Source: Paraspadella gotoi (Eukaryota; Animalia; Chaetognatha). From it: 64,000 nt of DNA. The translations under genes and the position numbers were made by a program. This document shows, piece after piece, positions 52,738 through 64,000 of the stretch; position 1 is the stretch's first letter; each line of letters opens with the position of its first letter. The notes under the pieces were generated by a model, which was not told the origin of the DNA, did not search any database, and saw nothing but the letters and a program-made list of their open reading frames with translations. Location of the stretch: the NCBI GenBank assembly GCA_051294375.1, contig CM119267.1:19442709-19506708 (forward strand), written 5' to 3'.

Positions 52738-53011
52738 GATTGATCTCTGAATCCGAATTGATTGATTGATCTCCGAATTGATTGATCTCTGAATCCGAAT
52801 TGATTGATTGATCTCCGAATTGATTGATCTCTGAATCCGAATTGATTGATTGATCTCCGAATTGATTGATCTCTGAATCCGAATTGATTGATTGATCTCC
52901 GAATTGATTGATCTCTGAATCCGAATTGATTGATTGATCTCCGAATTGATTGATCTCTGAATCCGAATTGATTGATTGATCTCCGAATTGATTGATCTCT
53001 GAATCCGAATT
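52738..53011. repeat. 42-bp minisatellite, ~6.5 perfect copies
   Basis: Unit tgatctctgaatccgaattgattgattgatctccgaattgat; the 14-aa periodicity in spurious ORFs confirms the length. Confidence 0.95.
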
Positions 53012-53254
53012 AATAGAAGAGGACGGATGAGCTTCGCGAAGAATGGCACATTGACGGAGAGGAGAGTGAAAAGAAAAAGAAAATAAAAGAAAAGTGGAAA
53101 ACGAGAGAAAAGAAAAAGAAAAAAGAAATAAGAAATCCCAGAAACACGATGAGAGCAAAGATTAGAGAAAACATCGGGAAACAAGCAATAAAAAAGAGGG
53201 GGAGCGAAGAAATATTCGGGGAAGCGCGCGACACGAGAAGAGAGAGAGAGAGAT

Positions 53255-53336
<82 letters not shown>

Positions 53337-54956
53337 AGGCTGGGTATTATTTCTCCTTCGCCATTTGCCATTTCCATTTGAGATTTTCATTACGGAGTTG
53401 CCAGATGTCGATACCAGAAAAATGGAAAAAACGTCGCGAAAAAAAAAAAAAATTGGATGCGGGGCGGAAGAAAAAAATATATGTATAGAAAAACACGAAG
53501 GAAAAAAAAAAGGAGTTTGCGTGTCGTCGAAAGGGGGCGTCGATTATTTATTTACCGGCCATGGATCATTTGTCAACAACAATGGCAACAAAATTACTAG
53601 AATTGGAAAACAACAACGGAATATAAAATAAATGGGGAAGAGCAGGACGTCTGAGATTGATCACGTCTGACGGCGTGGCGGGATGATGGGAGGTAGTCGA
53701 GGGTTTCATAGTTTGAAGAAATATAGCGAAATTGTAATTTTGTTTCTATTTGTTTCCGATGCGATACTTAACTAAGAAAGGGACACAGAATCTTCGAATT
53801 AAAACTCTTTTTTTTTTAAATTGCATGCTGAGATAACCATGCATGATATTTGAGCTCCAGTTCATTGAAAAGCGTCAATTACAAACCTCGTAGACATCGA
53901 TATCCCACTTTATATTTGCGATGTCAAATGATGATAATTGTAGTAATAATAAAGATCCTTGCTTCTATAGACTAATCGAAACGGGCGCTTTAATTATTGG
54001 TAACTCGTAACTCGGTTTTAAAAAAAAGTTCACGTTATACAAAGATCAGGCATTTAAAAATAAAATAAAAAATAATCAAATAATCAAGCCCCAACACATT
54101 TTACTCAATATCATTTTAGGATTCATTCGTCATTTATAATAAATGTTAAATTTCATTCCATTAAAATGAACCAGAAGCGAACGGAGCACAAAATGACGAG
54201 GACGATTCCCACAACGATTGTTTCTCCTCGGCGACGCTTTTGCAGATGGAAGCGTTGCAAGAGACGTCAACAGAAAATCGACAAAAGAGAAAAATCCTTT
54301 GAAACGAATCGGCAAAAGTGGAATTCAAAACTGAAAGGAGAGACTAGGAACGAAACGGGGAAAGCCGTGATGAGTATTTCAGATTAGGAAAACAAGAAAT
54401 ACTGATTTCATTGTAAATTCATTGCAACCTATGGTTGAAATGGTACACGGATGTCAACGAAATGTGATTCAATGTAATTGACGACAGCATGAAGAACAAT
54501 CACAATCACAATCAATATAATCGGGAAAAAAGGACAGAAATTCCCCCCCCCCAAAAAAAAGAAAGAAATTGCAAAGAAAGATGGAATATATCCTCGATTT
54601 CCGAGACGCAGACATCGGCCACTCCCTCTTCCTCCCAACGTTCTCCGCCTCCAGAAACTGACCAACGGAATTTTTTCACGCGTCCACTGACCCCTTTTTT
54701 TTTTCTGTTGACGCCGACGTCGCCCGCCAAGACGACGACGACGACGACGACGACGCTAAACGCAGCGCCAAGAAAAACAGGCGACGAACCGGAAACCGGA
54801 ACCAAAGTAAACGGAAACGGGGTGGGAAAGAGCGGTTGCCACGCGACTGTTTGTTTGTTTATTTATTTATTTTTTTTTTTAGGTTTCGCGTAAAGAATCG
54901 CTCGTAGCTGCTCGAAATACGTAACGACATGAACCTTGTTTACATGACACACGGTG

Positions 54957-55079
<123 letters not shown>

Positions 55080-55679
55080 AAGAAAACGGAAAAATTCCAT
55101 GGATGTTTTGGTGGTTGCCCATTCCAGATGATCTGGCCGGCCGATGGTCAATCCACGCAGCCAAATAATCCGATGGAAAAAAAAAGAGCAAACAAAAAAT
55201 CGGCGAGAATCTTCGGACCAGCCTTCTGAAATAAAACAAACAGAATCGATCCGACGGACGAGTCTAAAGAATGCGAGGACGAGGCGGAGAAATTTGATCA
55301 AACACGAACGAAGATGGCGTGGTATACTCTTGAAATTAATTCAAAACATTTTCTACGTTTTTTTATTTTTTTTTTCCAATGTCCAATCTTTATTCATTCA
55401 ATGCCACATAAAATGGGGGAAAAAATGGAAGGCTTCGTCAGTTTTCTCTCTCAATCCTTTTGTTGATCTTTCCACGAAAAATCTGCTCCGCTGCGACCCT
55501 GCGGCGGATCGAGTCGCGTCGTGATTGTTTCTCTCTTTTTTATTTCCCTGATTTTCAACCCATTTTTCTCCTTTCACACCATCTTCACAAACTCCCGCCC
55601 CCCTCCCTTTTTTTTAGTCTTCTGTCTTCAAACTTTTAAATCTCTTTTCGTAATTCTCATTTCCTTTCCTTTTCCACCA

Positions 55680-55918
55680 ATTTGGTACAACCAATATAAA
55701 AAAATTATCCATTCATTTAATAAATAGGCTATCTTGCCCCTGACTTTGGACAGGCTTTGGTGGTTTAAGGCCTCCATCACTCTTACAAGATAATGACATG
55801 GCAGGTCCCTGCAAACTTTCAATCAAGACTCTCTCACAGTCTCGTTTATTCACTCCCCGAGTACCTGGCCTCCCTATCAATGAAGTGGTATAATATTTCA
55901 GAGAATGTTTCAATTGTA
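55680..55918. repeat. Interspersed ~200-240-bp repeat, same family as 9452-9668
   Basis: Shared colinear blocks, as for 9452-9668. Confidence 0.75.
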
Positions 55919-56059
55919 TGAAAAGAACACTCCCTTAAGTATTAGATCGGGGAATACTATATTGTACTCCGCACTAGCTGGATTTTATGAAATTAGTACA
56001 ACCAATATAGTTAAGCTCAAAAGCGAGAGATTCGTCCGGGCATCAAAGTCCCTAATAAT

Positions 56060-56094
<35 letters not shown>

Positions 56095-56289
56095 AATCAT
56101 CATCATCATCATCATCATCTCTTTCTCCCTTATGTTCTTTTCTTTTCATTACATATTCACCCAGATCCCCTCTTTCCATTTCTTATCTTCTCTTCTTCTC
56201 TTTTCTTCTTCCTCTTCTTTTCTTCTCTTATCCTTGCCCTCCCTTTTTATTTTTAAATCTCTCTTCCTTCCGTTTAGTCAATTTACCTC

Positions 56290-56630
56290 CTTCTTCTCTT
56301 TCTTCTCCCTTCCTTCTCTCTTTTCCCACCCTCCCCCTTCCTCTCCTCCACCTCCTCCCCTTCCTTCTCTCTTTTCCCACCTCCCCCTCTCTCCTCCACC
56401 TCCTCTCCTTCCTTCTCCTTTCCCACCCTCCCCCTTCCTCTCCTCCACCTCCTCTCCTTCCTCTCTCTTTTCCCACCCTCCCCCCTTCCTCTCCTCCCCA
56501 TCCTCCCCTTCCTTCTCTCTTTTCCCACCCTCCCCCCTTCCTCTCCTCCACCTCCTCCCCTTCCTTCTTCTTCTTCCCACCTCCCCCCTTCCTCTCCTCC
56601 ACCTCCTCCCCTTCCTTCCCTTCCCAATCC
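56290..56630. repeat. C/T-rich degenerate minisatellite
   Basis: Repeated ttcccaccctcccccttcctctcctccacctcctc units. Confidence 0.8.
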
Positions 56631-57569
56631 TTCTCCAACTGGACGAGGCCGTTGGAACCCAAAGCGAATACCAATGACGCGATCCCTTCATTTGGATCCG
56701 ACTTTTTTCCGGTTCCCTTAAAATGGCCGCCGACGTTCATAAATTATTCCCCGAGAAGAGAAAGAAATATTCAATATTAAAAAAAAATATTTTTCCCCTT
56801 TATAGTCAATCCAAACAATAGAGTCCCTGATCTCTTGAAACCTCGAAAGATATTGGTGGTTTAGGGTAAATTTTTGGTCACGATGACCAAACGAAGGGCG
56901 TTCGACAACGACAACGACAACGACGTTCATTTTCCTTCATTTTGCTACATGACGATGAGTCTACTCAAATGTAACGAACCCCATTTACTCTGCTACTACA
57001 ATGATGATTATAATGATGTGATCTGAGGAAATCTATTAATAACTATTAAATGACCGAGAGATAAAAATCTTTCCAGGACATTGTAAGTTCTATGACTCTT
57101 TCGTAATTTTGAGCGTAAATTAAATCCCCGAGTTCAACAACTGGGATGGAAAGTAGCAAAAATGTCTGACAACGACGTCAACGGTGGCGATAAAGACATC
57201 AATGACGCCGTAAACGATGTTGACGATGGCGACGACGCCGCCGACGCCGCCGACGCCGCCGACGCCGCCGCCGACCGCGAGATGGAATGATAATTTCGGA
57301 GCGATCGACGATGGAATTTCGGACCGCGCAGATTGAGAATTCGATGTTGACGGACGACGACGAGAAGACGACGACGATGAAGACGACGACGATGATCAAA
57401 ACGACGACGACGATTATTTAAAACTCACCAAATGATATCTCACACAATTTTTTTTTTTTCAGCTGCTGTAAAATAATTTGAAATCGTTCAAATTCAAACC
57501 CATCAATTCAGACGACGACGAAGATGACGAAAACGACGACGAAAATGACGATGATGGGACGACGACGCG

Positions 57570-57621
<52 letters not shown>

Positions 57622-58451
57622 TTGACGCCCTCGGAATACAAATTTGGGCGATGAAAATCCGATTCAACGGCAGCCGAAAGAGGAAGAGGAAGAAGAAGAA
57701 GAGGAAGAAGAAGAATAAGAAGAAGAAGAAGAAAAAAGGGAAAGGGAAAAAAGAAAGAGAAAGGGGAAAAGTAAGAAATGACAGAATGACAGAGAAACTC
57801 GAAAAGATACTTTCTTACGAAGTAAAGAAGGTAAAAAGGACAATAGAAAGAATAAGATGGACAGGAAAGGGGAAAAAAGAAGGAAAATAACTCCTAAGAA
57901 AATTAAAAAAAAAAAGGAGAGAAAAAGAAAAGAAAAAGGAGAGAGATTCGGTTGGTGAACTGAAGGGATCATCCGAGTGAAGAGATTTGCGTGTGAAACA
58001 GAAACAAGACGAGAAAAGTGAGGAAAAATCGGACGGAGGCGAAAGAGGTTGGGGGGAGTGGGGGGAGGTGAGAACAGGGGGAGAGAAGGGGTATGGGGAG
58101 AATGAAGAGGAGGAAGAAACGGGCGGAAGTAAGAGGAAACGGAATGAAGAGAGAAAGGATACGAAGGAAGAGAGAAAAAGGAGTGAATGGAAGGTTAAAG
58201 CAGAGAGGAAGGTAGGAAAGGCCAGAATTGATAGAAAGGTTAGATAGAGAAATAAAGCGGTTGAGATAATATTTGAAAAGATTCTAAGATTCCAAGTCCG
58301 ACCGCTAGAGAAAAGATAGAAAATTGAAAAAAAAAAGCCACATGATTTCGTGGGATTATAAGTAGAATAGAATACAGTAAAGTTGTCAGTGACCTGACGT
58401 AAAATGTCATCTCATCGAAGGCTTAATTCAATTTTTTCCCCTTATTCGTAA

Positions 58452-58543
58452 TTTCCCGCCAAATTTGAATCATTCAAACTGACGATCGTCTTTTCCCGCC
58501 AAATCACAACCGTTCAAACCTTCATTCGTCTTTTCCCGCCAAA
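58452..58543. promoter_or_regulatory. Three E2F-consensus sites (TTTCCCGCCAAA) at ~40-bp spacing, the first followed by a CHR-type TTTGAA
   Basis: Sites at 58452, 58492 and 58532; tttcccgc-caaa-tttgaa matches the E2F/CDE + 4 nt + CHR arrangement. Function not shown. Confidence 0.35.
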
Positions 58544-61500
58544 ATTTAACCATACCTAACGATCGAACGTTAAGCGTTAAAAAGTTTCTTCAACAAAAAA
58601 AAAGAGGCCTTTCGCCTATCGTCGTCTCCGTAGGATGAGCGAGGCACCGTCGCCTTTTGAGTTATGGTGACACTCCTTTTCGCTTCGACGAATTTCAAAT
58701 CCGCGAAATCAAAAATTCTTTCTCCTTGGAAAGATTCGATTCTTCAGAGGCAAGGATTTTTTTTTTCTTTCGTCGTCGTTTCGTCTTTTTCGTCGTCGTC
58801 TTCGTCGTCGTCATTGTCGTCGTTTCGATCATTTTATTGTCGATTCCGTTCTTAAAACTTGTGTAATATGAATATCTAGAGTCGTATCGTCGTTTTCGTC
58901 GTCATCGTCGTCTGCTTTCAGGTTTCGTCGTTATCGTCTTAAAATTGTCGATTCTGTCGCCGTCGTCATCTTTTGTTGGCGTTGTGCTCGGCCCGATTGG
59001 CGTCGTCATGGCGACGTTGTTTGTCATGTGACCAGAGTCTTTTGTCGTTTTCGTCGTCGTCAAATCATATCTCATCCTAGGGCTCGTTCAAATTATTTGA
59101 CGCATTTCAAAGTCTGAATGTAATTTGTAAAGCAACAAAACAGATGTATCGAACAAGCTGCGGGGCTTTCCACCTTACGAAGAACCGTCGCTCGAGGGAA
59201 ACTGAAGAAAGACACTTGAACATATAAAGGTATACAATTTCTTAACTGGAGACAATCATGTTGTATGATTTGTGTAATAGCATCCTACAAGTACGAAAAA
59301 CACTAGGTTCAGTGACTATATCTCGGTCTCTCTCTCTGTCTCACTCCCTCTCTCTCTTCTACTCTCTCATTCTTTATTTTCTTTTCTAATCGTCTCTCTT
59401 TAGTCTTAAACTCTTCCCCGGAGTCCCATCCTTTTCTTTGTTGTTTTTTTTTTATCATCTCTTCTCAAATTCCCCCTACCCGTTTCTCGATTCTCAATTA
59501 ACAAAACTTTTTTTTTAAATCTCTCATTCTAAATTTTTTAAATCACTTCTCGGAAACCTCTTTAACATTTTATTCCCTATCACTCTTTTTCTCTTTTTTT
59601 AAAATATTACAAGTTTTTTTCTTATTTCAATCTAGTACTCCGACAGCCGGACTTTTTTTTTCACAACCCCCTCTCCCAATCGTTCCCCCCCCATTCTCTC
59701 AACCCCGTTCCCCCCCCCCACCCTGAGCCCCACCTCCGGTTGGCCTTTCTTTCAAGAAGGTCCGACCCAAATGAATAATTGAGTGGCGCAGGATTTCCTT
59801 AGCTCGGTCTCCCTCGCTCTCGGCGCCGCGCCCATAGAAATTCTAGGGTTGGGGGAGTAGGGGTTTCTTGTGGGATTGAAGGAGGGGGCCAAGAGGGTTA
59901 AGGGGGCTTCTTTGGGAGGCCAAGGAGGGGCTGAGATAGTCCGATGTCCCCTAACAGTATTACAAAGGGACTTCTAGGAAAACCCCAAAAAATGAATAGC
60001 AGGAGGAAACGTCTTCGCAATGTTCTCAAGTGAGAAAACAATGGGAGAAAAAGTTTTTTGTTTTTTTTTAATTTAAAATAAATTTTAATTTTTTTTAAAA
60101 ATTGAGACCAAAGGTAAGTCCACATTCCTTACCCCTGGAGCCGCCTTCTCGAGAAATGAAGAGAGCGAAATGAAAAGGGTCATCCTAAGAGAGGGCGCTC
60201 CAACTCGGCCTTACCCAGTCTCGGCGCCAAACGGGTAAGGTTAAAGTAGGGGGGGAAATAGGATGGGTCAGAGGTTCTGAGGGGGTGAAAGAGGGAAAGG
60301 GAATACCTTACCTAAAATGCATATTAAATCAAGAAGAGGAGGAGAGGGAGAGAGGGTAAGAGTCGTCGGAGGAAGAATTGAAGTTTGAAGAAAGGTTTTG
60401 TATGTACTACATTTATAAATAAATATACATATATAAAAGAAGTACGATATATCTCCATAATTGAATAAAATACTTTCGGCTCATAATTTGCTTAAACTGA
60501 AAAGTAAAAACTAAACAAAAAAATAATCCAAAATTAACTTTCGTTCATCGATAGTTTTTTTTGTTTTGTTTTTTGTTTTGATGCGACGAAAAGAAAGAGA
60601 GATAGGGAGAGAAAAAGAGAAAAGGAGACAGAGAAAGACAGAGACAGAGACAGAGATAAAAAGAAAAAAAATTCTCCTCCGTGATCAATGTTTAATCAAC
60701 GCGCTCCTTTAGCCTTCGAGCGATAACCGCGGGGTTATTTTTCTGTTTTCTTTGATAAATAACCAAGGACGTCATTGTCATTTTGACAGAGCCCCACTGG
60801 GTTGTCTCGGTGTTAAGGCCGTAATTTCTTCCTTTCTTTTTATCTCTCTCTCTCTTCTCTCTCTCTCTCTTTCGTCTCTCTCTCTCTCTCTCTCTCTCTC
60901 TGACCTTTTCGCTCGCCCCGGTCTCGTCTGCTCGTTTCCTCTTTTTTTTTTCTATTTTCTTTAATCTCAATTTCCGCTTCCGATTTCCACGACCGAAAAC
61001 TTTCCTCAACATCTTTTTTTTTCCGCTTCTTTCCTTATTTCCCTTGTTTTTCTCCTTTTCTTTCATTAATTCCTTCCGTTTTGTTTTTTGGTTTTTTTTT
61101 CATTCCCCCTTTCCTTTTTTGTTTCTTCTTGTTTCTTCGTGTCTTACAGACTCTGTCTCTAATTTATTCCTTTCTATTTCCTTTCTTTTCCCCTTCTCTC
61201 TTTCCTTCTTTCACTCTTCCGTTTCACGTATTCCTCCTTTCTCTTCTTTTCCTCTCTTCTTTTCATTCCTTTCCTTTCCTCATCGCCTCTTTCTTTTCTT
61301 TCCTCCCTTTTTTTATTTCAACCTTCCCCCAATCTGTTTGTATTTCCCCTTCCCCATCCCCCCCTCAAACCTCCCCCTCCCCAAACCTTCTCCTCCCCCC
61401 TTTACTCGATCCAACTTCTCTCCAGTCGTGATTTTCGGCGCAGAAACGGTTCGACCGCCCACCTCGTCTCCAGACTCGATCCTTGCTTTTTCATTTGATG

Positions 61501-62574
61501 TCTTTTAGCCTCGACAAAGTTTGTTTTTAGTTTGGAATTCGTTGTTTACATTCGGTTCCTTAGGATTTTGCCTTTTCTTTAGAGACGCTTCTTTTAATCT
61601 TTTGTTTTTGATCTAAATGTCGAATCTGATTTGCATCTTAGACATTTTTGGGGTTTTTTTTAGCAACAATTTGCGTTTTTCTTTTAATTTATTCTTTTTA
61701 TTTTTTTTTATCCTTTCATTCTTTTTCTTGTCAGTCTTAATTTTTCAGTTCATGTATCCTTTTCCACTAACCCGTGTAACCTCCTTTTTTTTCTTTAATA
61801 TTTTCTCTCTCGGTTTTCTTCATGTCATTTTCTCTTTTAAGTCAAAATACAAAGTCACCCTTCTTCCTCGACGTTGCTATTGGCGACGGAGAAACATGTG
61901 AGACTGCGAGTGGATCCTGATTTCATCCCAAGCCTCTTGCGCGCCCTTGCAGCTTTTGTTGCAACGAAAGAAGCAAGTAATCGATGCGCCGATCTGTCAA
62001 ACCACAGAGTCTGATGACAGAGTGCGATGATAGAGCGAGACGACCCCCTGTTTGCGTGTTTTCTTTTATTCGTCCTTTTCGTCTTCGTCGTAAAACTGCG
62101 TCTTCGTTATCGTCGTCGTCGTTATCGTCGTCGTTGGATCGAGCCGCGATTACTTTGCCTTTAACGACTCGAGCGCCCTTACTTTCTTCTCGCTTTCGAA
62201 TCCCCCGGCCTTTTCGTCCTTACCTTTTTTCTCCCTTTTGGCCTCTCACCTCTTTTTTTCTCCTTCCTTTTCATCGTCTTTCATTTTCTTTTTTTTTTCT
62301 CGGGTTTCCGATCTCCTTCTTTATTTACTTCGTTGAATCTCTGTTCATATTTTTCAATCCCCGTCCCGCTTGAATCTTTATCATGAGTTTTTTTTATCCT
62401 CTAATTTTATTGTTTTTTTTATTTTATTCTCTTTACTCTCCTCACTATTTTTTACTATTTTCTCCTTTTCCTTTCCTTTTTTTCTTTCTTTCTTTCCTCT
62501 CTCCTTCTTCTCTTCATTCTTATTTTCTATTTCTTCTCACTTTCTCGACTCCTTTTCTTTCTCTTCTCTCTCAC

Positions 62575-62910
62575 TTACTGGCTATCTCTCCTCTCTTTTT
62601 CTTCTCTCTTTCCTCTTTCTTCGTATCTTCTTTCTTATGGCCTATATCTCCTCTCTTTCTCATTTCTCTTTCCTCTCTCTTCTTCTCTTCTTGCCTATTT
62701 CCTATCTCTCCTCTATTTCCCTTCTCTCTTTTCTCTCTCTTCTTCTCATCTTGCCTATTTCCTATCTCTCATCTCTTTCTTATTTCTTTTTCTTCTCTAT
62801 TCTTCTCTTCTTTCCTATTTTCTATCTCTCCTCTCTTTCCGTTCTCTCTTTTCTCTCTCTTTTTCTCTTCTTGTCTATTTCCTATCTCCTCTCTTTCTTT
62901 TCTCTCTTCC
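62575..62910. repeat. Degenerate 60-bp pyrimidine-rich minisatellite
   Basis: The unit cctatctctcctctctttc...ttgcctattt recurs every 60 bp at 62641, 62701, 62761, 62821 and 62881. Confidence 0.8.
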
Positions 62911-63093
62911 TCCATTCTCCTAATACATTCTCGCCATCATTTCTCTCTCTCCTTTGCTAATTTTTATCTTCATACCTTTCCTTTCTCCCTCTTCCTTTTT
63001 CCTATCTTCCTTCCTTCCTTCACTCCCTCTTCAGCTCATCATTTTGCATTCGAGTTTTTCTTTTTGCACACTTTCTGATTCTTTATTCATTTC

Positions 63094-63136
<43 letters not shown>

Positions 63137-63256
63137 TCTATCTCTCTCACTCTCTCCTCTCTTATCTCTCTCTCTCTCTCTCTCTGTCTCTTCTCTCACT
63201 CTCTCTATCTCTCTCNNNNNNNNNNNNNNNNNNNNNNNNNCAGAGAGAGATGTCGC

Positions 63257-64000
63257 CTCGAGGGAATGAGAAGACACTTGAACATGATAAAGGTATACAA
63301 TTCTCTTAACTGGAGACAATGCGATGTTGTATGATTTGTGTATAGCACTCCTACAAGTACGAAAACAACTAGGTTCAGTGACTTAATCATCGGTCTCGTC
63401 TCTTGTCGTCAACTCCCTCTTCCTCTTCTACTCTCTCATTCTTTATTTTCTTTTCTAAATCGTCTCTCTTTAGTTTGAAACTCTTCCCTCGGAGTCCCAT
63501 CGTTTGTTTTTGTTGTTTTTTTTTTTTTTTTTATCATTTCTTCTCAATTTCCCTACCCGTTTGCTCGATTCTCAATTAAACAAAACTTTTTTTTTTAAAT
63601 CTGTCATTCTAAATTTTTTAAAAGTCACTTCTCGGGAAACCTCTTTAACATTTGATTTCGCCCATGCACTCTGTTTTCCTTTTTTTAATATAGTATTTTA
63701 CAGAGTTTTTTTCCTTATTTCAATCTAGTACTTCCGACAGCCGACTTTTTTTTTCACAACCCCCTCGTCCAATCGTTCCCCCCCCCCCATTTCTCCAAGC
63801 CCCGTTCCCCCACCCTGAGCCCACCTCCGGTTGGCCTTTCTTTCAAGAAGGTCCGACCCAATGAATAATTGAGTGGCGGAGGATTTCCTTAGCTCGGTCT
63901 CCCTCGCCGTCGGCGCCGCGCCCATAGAAGTTCTAGGGTAGGGGAGTAGGGGTTTCTTGTGGGATTAAGGAAGGGGGAAAGGGGCAAGAGGGTTAAGGGG
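63257..64000 (+). repeat. Noisy direct duplicate of ~59190-59905, starting just after the N-gap
   Basis: Colinear sequence from ctcgaggga...gacacttgaacat to caagagggttaagggg, differing mainly by indels. Confidence 0.88.

Noticed and set aside
52738-53011. CRISPR-like array
   Set aside because: No unique spacers, eukaryotic context and no cas genes.
57162-57289. Short acidic ORF MSDNDVNGGDKD...DREME
   Set aside because: Built largely from GAC/GCC trinucleotide repeats, with no supporting splice or homology evidence.

Overview
Eukaryotic DNA, most likely from an invertebrate animal, in a draft assembly with five N-gaps and patches of heavy indel noise. It has GT-AG introns, GC-rich exons and large (GA/CT)n tracts. 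Genes reconstructed by hand: a 3-exon classical short-chain dehydrogenase (xylulose-reductase-like, 1764-3000 +), a 4-exon EamA/SLC35G-type transporter (4508-6278 +), a 6-exon, 912-aa signal-peptide plus multi-pass membrane protein of unknown family (9928-14028 -), and three tandem DEG/ENaC channel genes with identical intron positions (39.9-48.0 kb +). The block 7.3-35.1 kb occurs three times. Copies 2 and 3 start at the same base, look identical for about 2.9 kb and are full of frameshifts, so they are probably noisy-read or alternate-haplotype assembly artefacts. They do carry real-looking structural differences, including a TTAA-flanked, TIR-bounded (Kolobok-like) 0.9-kb element whose empty site is visible in copy 1. 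Other repeats are a tRNA-Gly-derived SINE, an intronic MITE with telomere-like internal repeats, an interspersed ~200-bp repeat and several mini/microsatellites. The last ~16 kb has no recognisable gene. I did not find a convincing wholly new multi-gene system; the best leads are the orphan membrane protein, the divergent DEG/ENaC triplet and the transposon polymorphism.
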